In this document: piece after piece, positions 1-13,020 of the stretch
Position numbering within the stretch: the stretch's first letter is position 1
Layout of the letters: each line of letters begins with the position of its first letter
Assembly: GCA_009103225.1 (NCBI GenBank)
Contig: RHPI01002503.1
Coordinates: 873,585 to 937,584 of the forward strand
Source of the DNA: Chlorokybus atmophyticus
Taxonomy: Eukaryota > Plantae > Mesostigma and Chlorokybus algae
Direction of reading: 5' to 3'
DNA length: 64,000 nucleotides
The notes under the pieces: model-generated
Database searches by the model: none
What the model saw: only the letters and a program-made list of their open reading frames with translations
What the model was told of the DNA's origin: nothing
Translations under genes and position numbers: made by a program

Positions 1-509
1 CATAAATAACCGTCCAGAGCTATAATTACTTAGTGAATACCTTTGAGCACAGTAGCAACTCGTTCTATCAATGCCCTTGCCCCTGCCTCCGACGACGACA
101 GCGACGTCGCCGCCTACGCCGCCGCCCGCGCCACGCGGCAACAAACCCTTAACGTGGCTAGGGTGGACACGCGTACGGTATGACATTGCGTACCGTACCG
201 CAGCACATCACCATCCGTTCTCGTTGGTTCTCAATTACAGAAACTTCCGCTGCCGCCGTTTTTGCTGGCTTCCTAGTTAGCTACCGGAAGCAGATGTGGA
301 CTTCCCTGATTTGTGGCTGCCAGTGCGCCAGCTGCACATGCGAGTTGATTAGCAACGGCGGTGGTGGTGGTGGTGACGGCGGTGGTGTCGTTGTGGCTGC
401 GGTTGGAGTGGTTGATTTCCTGCTGGGTTGTATTCAGTGCTGGACGTTGCACTGCAGGTCAAATCGCTGCAGGACGACAGGCGGATCTTGCGGATCTAGC
501 TTGTGTGCA

Positions 510-518
510 TTAGGGTTT
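510..518. promoter_or_regulatory. Telo-box (TTAGGGTTT) in the HEL2 5' region
   Basis: Exact 9-mer. Confidence 0.6.
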
Positions 519-937
519 GTAAGGTGAGCTTTGTGGCATGCATGGGCTTGGCAGCTGTGTTGTTGATAGTCGTTGATTATTTTTATGCGCGTGCTGGTGG
601 TTGTGAAACCCCAACAGTTAATTCAGTTAATTGCAAACACTCCGCATGTCGCGTAGCCCATCAGCTGACTGCTTTGATTGTTGTTGTTAGTGAACTTGCC
701 TCGTGTGATGACACCACTTGCATGCCAGTTCGACGAGATCGCAAAGCTCAGTTGTGATTCTCGTTGTAATTGCATTTCTTGTTCCACGTTAAAGCACCAA
801 AAGTTTCGTTGCCGCACTAGCTGATGACACCGACAGCTCTGTCGTCTATCCAGTTTAAGTCGGTTGATCTTGGCTTCACATTACGATGCTTCAAAAATAA
901 TTTGGAATTTGGGTTCTGTACAGGCATAGCAGCAAGC

Positions 938-3900
938 ATGGAGGAGTGGTGTGCTGTGTGCGCTGAGCCGCTGGAGTGGTGTGCCGTGGGGCGGTGCCAC
1001 CACAGGGAAGTCTGCGCAGTCTGCACTGCACGCCTGCGGCTCATCATGAACGACAGGAGCTGCTGCATATGCAAGCAGCCCTTGCCGGAGGTGTTTGTCA
1101 CCAAGGTGAGATATCAGCTGCTATGCTGTATTGCAGCTGCCTGCCTGTCCTTTCTGCAGTCTCATAGAGGTACACACGACGTGTTGCATGTTGCGTTCAT
1201 GTGTAGTGCCGGGGAGAGTATGACAGTGTGTTGGATGTCTGCAAGGGTTGCACTTGCTTATGCAATGCTTGCTACACTGCAGTTTCTTGGCGACTACACA
1301 GCTACGCCACCAAATTTTGACCAGCTCGCAACCAAAGTTAAGGGCAAGGGTGCTGGTGGAGAGTACTACTACGATGACACTCTGGCAGCTTATTTTGATG
1401 ATGAGGATCAGCTCAAGTACCTGGGGGATATGTATACCCTGACATGCGCCGTCTGCGATTCGGAGGTCCCCGCTGATAAGAAGCCATTCAAAGACACGGA
1501 AGCCCTCAAACGGCATCTCAGCTTGCACCAGGTAACCAGCACAACAGTTGTAGACACCCCCGTGTCGTGGGTTTGCGGCTGGTGCATAGATGCTACTGGC
1601 AAAATGAATAAAGGGTCAGCACATGGCATGCCTGTCTTACTCACACGCTTGTTCTGCAGCGATTCATGTGCGACTTGTGCTTGGAGAGCAGGAAGGTATT
1701 TGTGCGTGAGCAACGATTGTACAGCAAGGCACAGCTTGAGCAGCACCAGCGTGGGGGTTCAGCAGAGGTACCAAGTGCTTGTCTCGATGTGGGGGCACTT
1801 GCAGAGGCATTTGACCAGTTTTGTGCAGGTTGACGGTGGTGCTGAGGAAAGCGGAGGCTTTAAGGGTCATCCGATGTGTGGCTTCTGCAAGCAACGGTTT
1901 TATGACAGCGCAGGTATGCATGTGATGGTGCGGTGAACGCGTGCAGCCTGTCATACTATTTGGTGTCTGAGGCGATACTTTGCAGCTCTGTACCAGCACA
2001 TGACAACCGGCCACTTCTCATGCCACATCTGCCAACGCCAGCGCCCCGATGTGTTTGAGTACTACCGCGATTACCCTCAGCTGGAGGACCACTTCAAGCG
2101 TAGTCACTTCCTTTGTGAGCATCCTTCATGCTTAGAGAAGAAGTTTGTAGTATTTGCGGCAGAGCCTGATTACAAGAGGCATGTCGCGATGGAACACGGT
2201 GATGGGCTTTCTCAGGCGCAGCGGCGTGCTGCTCTGCAGATACCTGTCAATTTCAGATATCGTCGGCCAGGAGAAAATGAAGAATTTGACCATGACAGAG
2301 GTGCAACATCCATGCCACCAAGCAAGCATACAAATCTGTCCTTCACACTTGGCATGACTGAGACCTCTTGTGTGTGAAGGTGGACGTCGGGATAGAGGCC
2401 GAGGTCGGGGCCGGGGTGGTGCAGCTCCGAGAGTCCCCAGGCCGCATAGTGTGTCCCCACCTCCCCGACAGTTATCTGACACTGAAGTCACAGTGAGTGC
2501 GTTGGATGATGCGGCTGCTTTTCCACTTCCATCCGGGGCCTTTGCGTCCAGCCACGGTGCGCTGGAGTCCTCTGGGCGCTGGGTACAGGTAATGACACGC
2601 GAGCCGGGGAAGAGGGGGGGGGGGGGGGGGGGNNNNNNNNNNNNNNNNNNNNNNNNNNNNNNNNNNNNNNNNNNNNNNNNNNNNNNNNNNNNNNNNNNNN
2701 NNNNNNNNNNNNNNNNNNNNNNNNNNNNNNNNNNNNNNNNNNNNNNNNNNNNNNNNNNNNNNNNNNNNNNNNNNNNNNNNNNNNNNNNNNNNNNNNNNNN
2801 NNNNNNNNNNNNNNNNNNNNNNNNNNNNNNNNNNNNNNNNNNNNNNNNNNNNNNNNNNNNNNNNNNNNNNNNNNNNNNNNNNNNNNNNNNNNNNNNNNNN
2901 NNNNNNNNNNNNNNNNNNNNNNNNNNNNNNNNNNNNNNNNNNNNNNNNNNNNNNNNNNNNNNNNNNNNNNNNNNNNNNNNNNNNNNNNNNNNNNNNNNNN
3001 NNNNNNNNNNNNNNNNNNNNNNNNNNNNNNNNNNNNNNNNNNNNNNNNNNNNNNNNNNNNNNNNNNNNNNNNNNNNNNNNNNNNNNNNNNNNNNNNNNNN
3101 NNNNNNNNNNNNNNNNNNNNNNNNNNNNNNNNNNNNNNNNNNNNNNNNNNNNNNNNNNNNNNNNNNNNNNNNNNNNNNNNNNNNNNNNNNNNNNNNNNNN
3201 NNNNNNNNNNNNNNNNNNNNNNNNNNNNNNNNNNNNNNNNNNNNNNNNNNNNNNNNNNNNNNNNNNNNNNNNNNNNNNNNNNNNNNNNNNNNNNNNNNNN
3301 NNNNNNNNNNNNNNNNNNNNNNNNNNNNNNNNNNNNNNNNNNNNNNNNNNNNNNNNNNNNNNNNNNNNNNNNNNNNNNNNNNNNNNNNNNNNNNNNNNNN
3401 NNNNNNNNNNNNNNNNNNNNNNNNNNNNNNNNNNNNNNNNNNNNNNNNNNNNNNNNNNNNNNNNNNNNNNNNNNNNNNNNNNNNNNNNNNGTGTTATTAT
3501 CATATCTAAGAGGAATGTTGAAACGTCTGCAATGTGTCATTCTGCAGGCTGCTGGGTCCCCAGGCGGTGTCCTGCAAGGCGAAGCTTTCCCCCCACTTCC
3601 TGGCACGTCACGCAGTGCACGTAGAAGAGCAAGAGGGCGCGGGTTTGCGCAAATCGTTGGTGGCCAGGCATCTTTTGGCACACCTCGCGTACTTCATGCA
3701 GGTCAGTGTTGCTGTGTAGTGACACGTTTAGATGATGTGAATGTGTTTAAGCAGTATGCTTACACAAATACGTGCATGCACTGCAGCTGGACGTCACTCG
3801 GCCCCAGCAGCTCCTGCGAGTGCATATGGTGCAGATGAAACAATTGGAGAGCCAGCATCCATTGTGATGACAAGGCCTGTGGACCGAGTATCACGTCCCT

Positions 3901-4796
3901 CGAGCTCAACCGGTATACACTGACTTCGCTTGCTTCCATACTGAAAAGTAGACACTGTGGGGCAGTTGTCCAGGCCTGTCACGATATGTTCATTGCAGTA
4001 GGAATTACAAATTCAACCACTGATGTTGGGTCAACACAATGCAGGGAATGCGGGAGCTGCTGAAGCGTGTCCAAGCGCCGAGGACATGGAGAGGTTGAAA
4101 GCGGCGAACCGGGAGGTTGTGGAGAAAGTCCGGCAAGCATTGGGAGGGGACGAGGAGAAGTTCCGGTCTTTTCGTGAGCGCTCAGCGCAGTTCCGACAGG
4201 GTCGACTCTCTGTCGCTGAGTACTTCACTTACGTGCAGCAGCTCGGCCTGGCGGAACATTTGCCGGCACTGATATCACTACTACCGACTTCGGACCCAAA
4301 GAAACAGGAGCTGCAGCTGTTGTTGAATCAGTCTGTCCAGGCCAGCCGGCACGCAGCAGCAAACCCTTTGCCTTCAGCAAGCAGCCATAGCACAGCAGTC
4401 CGAATGACTCACTCCAGCAGTGCTCCGGACTTGCAAAGCAGAAGCAGTGCTGCAGTCTCATCTTGGATTTGCTCCCAGTGCACGTATCAGAACTCTGACA
4501 GCAGCTCAGCGTGTGCAATGTGTCACGCGCCAAGGCAGAGCGGCCAAGCAGCATCTTCAACCTCCTACGCCAAGAAGACTAAAAAGCAGAGCATTAGGTT
4601 GACAGGCGGGTTGGGCTCGGTTCATGACTTGCTAGAACAGTTGCCTGGCGGGTCGGGCCAAGGGCCGGGGCCGAGCGCGGCTGGTGGCGGGCGAGGCGTC
4701 CCGCCTGCAAGGGGCGCGTGGGCCAACGGGGGCGGGGCGCGCTTGGCGCACAAAACTAGTGTCGTTAACACTGCTTGGAGTAGGACAGATGGTTGA
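938..4796 (+). CDS. HEL2/ZNF598: ZNF598/HEL2-like RING E3 ligase (ribosome quality control), multi-exon, interrupted by N gap 2633-3490; 5'UTR intron about 524-923
   Basis: N-terminal RING (CAVCAEPLEWCAVGRCHHREVCAVCTARLR...CCICK), C2H2-like fingers (GHPMCGFCKQRFYD, HFSCHIC, HFLCEHPSC), conserved helical region (ANREVVEKVRQALGGDEEKF...), C-terminal W-x-C-x2-C-x3-N-x6-C-x2-C finger. GT-AG junctions keep the frame (e.g. 1105/1283). Stop TGA ends at 4796. Confidence 0.9.
2633..3490. other. Assembly gap (N), preceded by a poly-G run
   Basis: 858 N preceded by about 19 G; lies inside the HEL2 gene, so exons may be missing. Confidence 1.
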
Positions 4797-4940
4797 ATGT
4801 GATAAGCTTGCTCAGAGGAGTGCGCTTGCCAAGCTGCTTGTGTCAAGATGCATTGTTTTCTGCACAGCAAAGCATGTATTTGCCAGCCCCAACTGCGACA
4901 CCTACTTGTGCTTTGATTTGCGTTTCTAGTTGCTTTGCTT

Positions 4941-5460
<520 letters not shown>

Positions 5461-6439
5461 GTATTGAGACCTCCCGAACAGCGAATGCTGAAAGGCAACT
5501 CCATGAAGACGTTGACTCAACAGCTGTACTGCACAATGAGGAGAGCATCCAACTCATTCGAGACAAGTTGTTTCTGCTTGCTTTTGTTACCTGGATGACG
5601 CTACATATCTCTGAGCTTTAACTTTTGATAAATGTTTTTTGTTATAACTTCAACTACATGGCTCGAGCATCCAGATGCTTGGAGAGTTTCCAGTTTGATG
5701 CAATCAAGTTGTGCATGCTTGCAGGCTGCTGAGTTGCGCTGCTGCTCAACAAGTCCTCCCGGCGTGACTGCTGCATGGCTGTTGTTGTTGTTGTTGGCAG
5801 CACAAGAAGTCTTTGTGGTAGTGGTAGTGTGACCCGGTGGTTGTGTACGTAAGCTCAGAGGTACGTGTGTAGAGCTGCTGCTCGCATGAGCATGTTCAGC
5901 ATGTGCTATGATTGTGCCTAGCATGTTGCATTGTTGCAAATGCAACTGCAATTGTTATACACTAAATTATTGCTAGCTTGGGGACTCTGAGCAACTGCAT
6001 AACCTGAAGTGTGCAAACCAGTAGTCTCATGGATGTCACACAGATCACTAATGCAATCCGCTCAGGCACGATCAACTCGCAACTTGTGCCCAGCACGTTG
6101 TTAACTTTCTCCACGCAAACAGCAAGTGACAAGCTGCACGAGGTATGTGGCACGGCCGCAGAACCTTTCCGCTTCCTGAATGTCAACGCAAGCGAAGGCA
6201 AACTTTTCTACCTCTGCACTGCGACAGAGTGGTGAGTTGCCACTGTTGCAAAAACAAAACCGTGGCCCTGATGTGGACAGCAGCCACGTGGCAAGCATGG
6301 CGGCGGCGGCGCTGGTGAGGCCTGGTCGTGTCTTGGCAACAGACGGCTGAAGGTGTCAGCCCGTCACTTAGGCAGCTTGCTGCGCACAGCCGTCCGCGTG
6401 TAGCATAGCAGGTTTGGTACTGGCCGGCCTCAGCAAGGC

Positions 6440-9400
6440 ATGGCGGCGAGAGCGGCGGCGATTGCGGCGGCGGCGGGGTGGGTGGCGTCGGTGCAGGAGC
6501 TGCCCAGGGAGGAGACGCGCTGGTTTTACGCAAAAGCTCCAGTGACGCGTAGGCCCTTGAACACTGCCACGCACATGCACGCGCACACGCATGAAAAGTT
6601 GGAGCTGCAGCTCACGTGCAGTACACACTGATTGGCTTAGACAGTGCTTGTACACATACACTGCTTTGTCTGCAAAGAGCTTGCAAAGCGTTGAGCTTAC
6701 AGAACTGCCAGAGAGCGTTTGAGCTTGACACAGAAGAGCATATGTAGTGCATGGGCAACTTGCCGTTGCTTGCCTCGGTAGCTGTCAATGACACTACATT
6801 CCATGTGTCAACTGAGAAGCTGCAAGTCAGTCAGCTGTGGATCTCTTCAATCTGGCGCATGCATGAGGCCTGCAGTGGACATGACAGCTATTGGCCAATT
6901 GTATTGTTACACATACGAGCGCTACAGGCCAGATTCAACGGCAGGTTTCGCTTGTATGTACTACTGCTGTTGCTCAACGCAACCTTCGCAGCCTTATTGT
7001 AGCGTACTTATGATATAATCGTGCACTCAGCAACAGCCACACTTGCTATTGAAGTGATGTTACTTGACTGTTGAACGGTGGTTGTTGTTTTTCGTGTTCA
7101 ATACTTCAAGGACCTGTTCTTAGTGTGGTGCTATTGGTTGCGCATTCTGTTTGGGTGCAAAGCATCCAGGAAGGCTAGTAACATCCGTCGTCATAGTTAC
7201 AGTGCAGACTTGGCTGACTTAACGCAAGGGTACTACTGACCTCTGCTGCTGGTCCACTTGCAGATTTGACCACCGGGCCGATCATTCCTGAGAGTAATTC
7301 GCTGAGGCGCTTCTCACATTATGACTCAATAGTGTTAGAGATAGCCTTTCGCAAGGTATGGGTGTGCTCCCTTACAACAACATGCTTGTACTCAGATTAC
7401 TTTTATTTTATTCCTGATAGCAATTGGATTGCTGCAGAAAGAGCAGGAGTACATTGCTGAGTGGTGGAAAGAGTACGGGGAGGCCGGAGGCAGTCACAAG
7501 GATGAAACCTCTGTGGCTGATGTGCTGCCCAATGCTGAGGATGACGCGGACGAGGTGGACATTGGGGTCGTCGTGCGTGGTGGCCTGTATGAGGTATGGA
7601 CTTGCTCGCAGTCACGCTTGCCCTTGCACAATATCACAAGCACGTGCTGCAGCTTGACACAATTGCAATGGATCGATCAGTCTGTGCATGACCGGTTTCC
7701 ACTGCAGCTGAGTGTTGTTTGCAAATGACAGCCATGCTCCGTTATGCCATGAAGCTATGAATGGCAACCACTTGTGCATGCACGGTGTACTTTGACATTC
7801 CCTGCTTGGAGCGTGCATTGTACAGATGGCTCTGGTTCTGTGGACAGGTGGACTTAAAGACGCGGTTATGCACGACAGCGTACTGGATAGGGGAGGCGTA
7901 CCGAGTGCAGCGCGGAACGTGGTTTGCAGAAAAGTCCTCCGCCACATGGCTCCCAGTCAGAGAGGACGTTGCCGAGCAGCTGGAAACTGCTTACCGTAAC
8001 CAGGCAACTTTCGTTCAATGTCCACTGTCACTGTACACATTGAGCAATATCTGTCATCAATGTCGGTTGCATGGAACAGGCATGGCGCAAGCGAATAGTG
8101 CAGTCATCCGGCGTCAATGCCTCGAGAGTAGAACTCTCCACGACTCTGGTACGGCGAGTTTGGTCATCTTCTTTCTCAATCGTGTTGGCAGGCTGGTTGC
8201 TCTCACGCTGGTGCAGACTGGGAGGCTGACATTCCTGGCAGCATGCAAAGCATGTGCCCCTCCCAGTGTGCATTGATGAACATGTGACAAGCGGGTTCTC
8301 ACAGGGCTGGCATGCACTATTTATGGGAGAGGGTGACCAGTGGGAAGCGTACTTGTGTCCCGATGACATGACAACGAAGCTTACCCGCGCGTTGACCGGC
8401 TCATCCGGTTCCAAGCCTGTTGGTTACAAACTCCGGCGCGGCTATCTGCATCCAGATGTTAGCACTCTGGTGCGCATGTGTGCTGGCGTCAACACTTCAT
8501 CACAACCCCTGTTTGCGTGACACACATTAGCAACATGGTGTGTGTCATTAACCGAGCTTTGGTTCCGCAGAGTACAACTTCCCGGGCTCGTGAAGAACGG
8601 GAGGACTACTGTGCACAGGTGTGTTGGCTGGTTGTTCTAATGTCCGTCATTGCGACAGCGACGATCGGCTCAGTCACGCAGGCTTTTTCTGCTTCTCTGG
8701 GTCTCATTTGCTATGTACTAAAGTCCCGGACATGCTAATCCTCATGCAGGTTCCCGTGGGTCACCTCATGCTGGTGGTTCATGGCATTGGCCAGCGCATG
8801 CTGGGGGCCGACTTTCCTGGTCAGGTATGCGCTGCATATGCATGACAATGCCAGCAAGCAAAGTGCCACTGGGATGGTTGTGCATCATGACATGACACAT
8901 GTTGATGAGACGGTCACAGGTTGGCACAATGCGAGACGCAGCATATGAAATGGCAAAGCAGAACCTGCCACTGGAGCTGCGATCAAAGCAGCGTGTGGAG
9001 TACTTACCTGTCCTGGTACTCATCTCATCATCATGCCGTGGCTGCACTTTGTGTGGAACTATTGATGTGTCTGCTGTCGCTCGTGTGCAGTGGCGTAAGA
9101 CGCTTGCCATTGCAGCGGATGATCTGGCCGATGAGATCACAATGGACAGTCTGCGCTCCGTTCGCGACATGCTCAACGCCACTGCGCTGGATGTGTTGTA
9201 TTACATGAGCCCGCCGCATTGCCAGAACATCATCTTTGAAGTCACGCGCAGTCTCAACCGTGTCTACCGCAAGTTCCGCCGACGAAACCCTGTCTTCACT
9301 GGCAAGGTACTACAATGCAGCGCGCGCACACGTACACATGGGCACACGCACACAAATGTGCACACATGACAGCCATTCTGTCGCTAGCATTCGTAAGAAT

Positions 9401-11146
9401 TTACTGTGTTGGGTGCTCAGCTATATATTCAATCTTGCAATCGTGCAGGCAGCACTATGTTGGCCTGATGGCACACTAGTTGCCTCATACCCATGCACTG
9501 CTCTGGATGTTGCAGGTTTCAATTATTGGGCACAGCTTGGGCAGTGTCCTTGTGTTCGACATCCTCTCGCACCAGGCTGGCGGTTCAGCTGCAGACTATC
9601 ACCCAGACACGGAACAGGAACGGGAGGACCACACCGCGCTGCTGCAAAGCGCGTTCCCGAACTTGAGAGATTCCCCACCCACCACGCCGGTGGCGGCAGC
9701 AACACCAGCTGGTGCCGGCATCGAAGCGGTTGAAGCCCCCGCTGCAAGCACACCTTCACCGACAACGCCGCCGCCTAAGCCAGCAGACATTCAGATTGCT
9801 TCACTACAGACACAGGTGAGTATCACAGTGGATACATCATTGTAACAATGGCTGTATTGTCTATTTCTCAGTTGTTTCATAGGGATACCAGACATGTTTG
9901 AACAATGAGACGATGCACTGCATGTACACAGTTCTCTTTTGTCTCATCCGTGCAGATAGATCAGTTGCAGTCCCGCATCGATGCCTTAAAGACTGCAAGC
10001 CCAGCCGCCGAGTCTGCAGAAGACCTCTACGAACCGCTGTTTCGCTCCCCGCAATCGCAGAAACCAGAGCGCCCCGACCCCGTTGCAGAAAACATCAGCT
10101 ACTCGCCTCCCATCACTTACATGCGACTCCTTTTCCCGGTACACACTGCGTGGCATGGTGAACTCCTACCCAACATGCACAGGCACACAAACTCTGGATG
10201 TGAAGTCTGTTGGCTGAGTACGCGTCTCACATGCAGGTCCACACGTACATTGCGTTGGGCTCGCCTCTGGGACTCTTCCTGGCGCTGCGCGGGATCATGA
10301 TCGGTCCCAGCACTCCCATCACCATCAACAAGGAGATGCCGGCGGTGGAGCACATGTTCAACCTCTTCCACCCGTATGACATCGTGGCGTACCGTCTGGA
10401 ACCGCTGGTCACGCGAGACATGAGCAAAATCAAGCCCGTGAGAGTGCCATACCACAAGGGAGGATCGCGGTTCCACATTGGAGTGCAGAAGTTCAGCGAA
10501 GACATATGGGCTGGCAGCTCAAGGTGACACTATCAATGCAAGAACCAAGAACAAACACCATGTGGTACATCCTTGACGCGTATCTGATCGATTTTGTGTG
10601 GCAGGCTGAGCGCGAATATGCGTTCTGTCTTTTCCAAAAAGTCCTCATCTGGGCCCTCTGAACAAGATGATCCTGAGAAGATAACCGACCCGGTGCTGTT
10701 AACTTTGGCGTCCAGCAACAATGGCCGCATGGACTTTGCACTGCAGGTGAGAAGAGCTTGCATTCACATAGTCACAATGCTGTTGATGCTACAGAGCGAT
10801 TGCTGTGTAAGCTGCGGAAAAGTGAATCTTTTTGGCAATATGATTTCCATTCTGCCTTTGCCAGGAAGCAAGCTTTGAGAATGCGTATCTGGCGGCCGTC
10901 AATGCGCACTGGATCTATTGGACGGACAACGACACCGCTCTGTTTATCATGAACCACATCTATAAGGACATCGACGCCGTGGCAACAACATCTCACCGGC
11001 GCGTGATCACCAACGAGGAGCCGTCACACGTCCCCTCCGTTAACCTGCTCGCATCCGATGGCGTCAAACCCGACCCGACCGCATTTCAGAACGCCATTGC
11101 AGACTCGGAAGCCTTCCATGAAGCGCTCAAGATGGTGAGTCGTTAG
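6440..11146 (+). CDS. SGR2: SGR2-like PA-preferring phospholipase A1, DDHD domain, about 16 exons
   Basis: Exons give RWFYAKAP, EYIAEWWKEY, VVVRGGLYE/VDL, VQRGTWFAEK..WLPVREDVAEQLETAYRNQ, KLRRGY, VPVGHLMLVVHGIGQ, DVLYYMSP, the lipase motif IIGHSLGSVL, and the DDHD domain (LGSPLGLFL, FNLFHPYDIVAYRLEPL, AHWIYWTDNDTALFI). Order matches Arabidopsis SGR2 as I remember it. Exact start and last exon are uncertain. Confidence 0.9.
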
Positions 11147-13020
11147 GGGTGAGAGAGCTTTGTTGGCTGCTGTGTGTTGAATCAATGTTGTCGGGGGACA
11201 GCATTGAAGGTGGCTGTGTGGAGCAGCCATTGCCGGTTCAGCACAATTGATGAGCCTGGGCTGACCATGCTGCCGTCAGCTGGGTTGTAGTGTGCTGTGT
11301 GTATAGAGTGTGCGCGTGATTGATTGTGAGCCTGATTGGGTAGGTAGTGTAGATAGGCTGGAGATTGCGCATGTGCATGGATTGCTGTCAGGAGGAGACT
11401 GTGGTATTGTCGTGCTGCATGTTCGATGAAAGTTGTGCAAGAGTTGTGTCAACCGCGCCATGGTTCACTGAACATAAAGTGGGGATTAGAGTCCACCCTT
11501 GATTTGGTAGACGTCATTGTCATGGGATTGGTCACCTGCAAAACTTGTGTGCAGGTTTGTTGCTGTCCATAAAATGATTGCATAATAAACAATTCCCTAA
11601 CCACCCTCCCCACGGAACAATGCAACACATCAAGGGTGGGTTCACTGGTGTCATAATGGGGAGGACCGCGTGGCGTATGAGAGGTGGTGCACATGCTTTC
11701 TCCAAAAACGCATGTTGATAGACATGGAGCAAACAAATCGTTAGACCACAAATATGCTGCACGTATCCAGGTTGTGGTGGGGCATCCGCTTGCATACACA
11801 ATACACAGCCGCTCCATGACGCTTGCATTCGTTTACCAAGCGGCGTAAGACCACCAGCACAAGGCTTTCAGGGCGTTTAACTGTCGGCTGTGACTATACA
11901 CCGCGCTGACCATGGGTACCAGTCCTGCACACATCCTTGCATTCTATTTATTCTACAATAGTATCTCTGAGTTTTAGTACATTGATTTGGCGTGTCTTGC
12001 CTTCTTAACTGCTCTGTGTTTGGTTTCATATGCGTGCACTGCTGCCTGTACATAACCAACAGTAGAGTTGCGGTACAACAAACTCAAGGGTCTTTTAGGG
12101 GCCACAGTAGAGCAGCCAGTGTGCAAGTAGTGCAGGCTCGGCAACAATGCAACCAACTCAATTTGCATGGGGGCCAAGGCAGAGTTACATTAACTACTAC
12201 TCACAAAGACCGCTAGGACCGCAAGGACTACTAAGACAACCCTCAAGCAGCAGCAATAGAGAGCAGGGGCAACCAACAGCAAGGAGTAGTACAACCTGCA
12301 GAGAGATCGCACATCTTGCATTTTCTGCGCCTTGCACTTTGGCAGCGCCCAGAAGCATGTGCGTGCATACATACCTGTGCGAGCACGTGTGTGCATGTGT
12401 ACATCAAATGCAGGACATGCATGCGCATGCACAACGTGTAGTCCAGTCAGCACGCAGCAACACATGCAAGATGTCGTACAAATGACATTTAGTTGACCAC
12501 CGGGCTACTACTAGCACGCTAATCTACTGCCTCTACCCCGTTAGACATGCAGCAGTCAATATGCAGTTGGTAATCACCTGTACAACACGACCAGTGTGTG
12601 TGTGTGCGTGCATGCGCGCGCCAGTGTACAAAAGTGCCATGGACGATGCGCACATGCATGGTTAGCACAACATACATCATATGCCAACAGCCAGACCCAC
12701 CGACAACTTTACCACCGGGCTAGCTAATACTCAGGTCCACCAACCCAACCACTTAAACTGATACTACATCCCCGTTAGTCATGCATGCATTGCAGCTGTG
12801 CTAATCAAAGCAAGCATTGGATGTTTTGTCAGCAAACCAATACAAACTTGGCTTAAGCAACCGTATGTCTGCTGCGCGCCACACATGCATGACGGAACAA
12901 CGCACATAAAATGGGGCCTTCACAAACACGCACTATGGCGTGTTATCTTCACCATCGAATGCATATGCAACCGCCCTAACGCACTGCACGCAAATGAACT
13001 AAAATTACCTCTACCAACCA

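Noticed and set aside
2370-3681. Long ORFs containing X runs (also at 29.0-29.7 kb and 52.4-53.2 kb)
   Set aside because: They read through N gaps. The G/C homopolymers beside all three gaps suggest sequencing dropout, not biology.
9001-9010. TACTTACCTG, matching the U1 snRNA 5' end
   Set aside because: It lies inside an SGR2 coding exon (EYLPV) and no U1 body follows.
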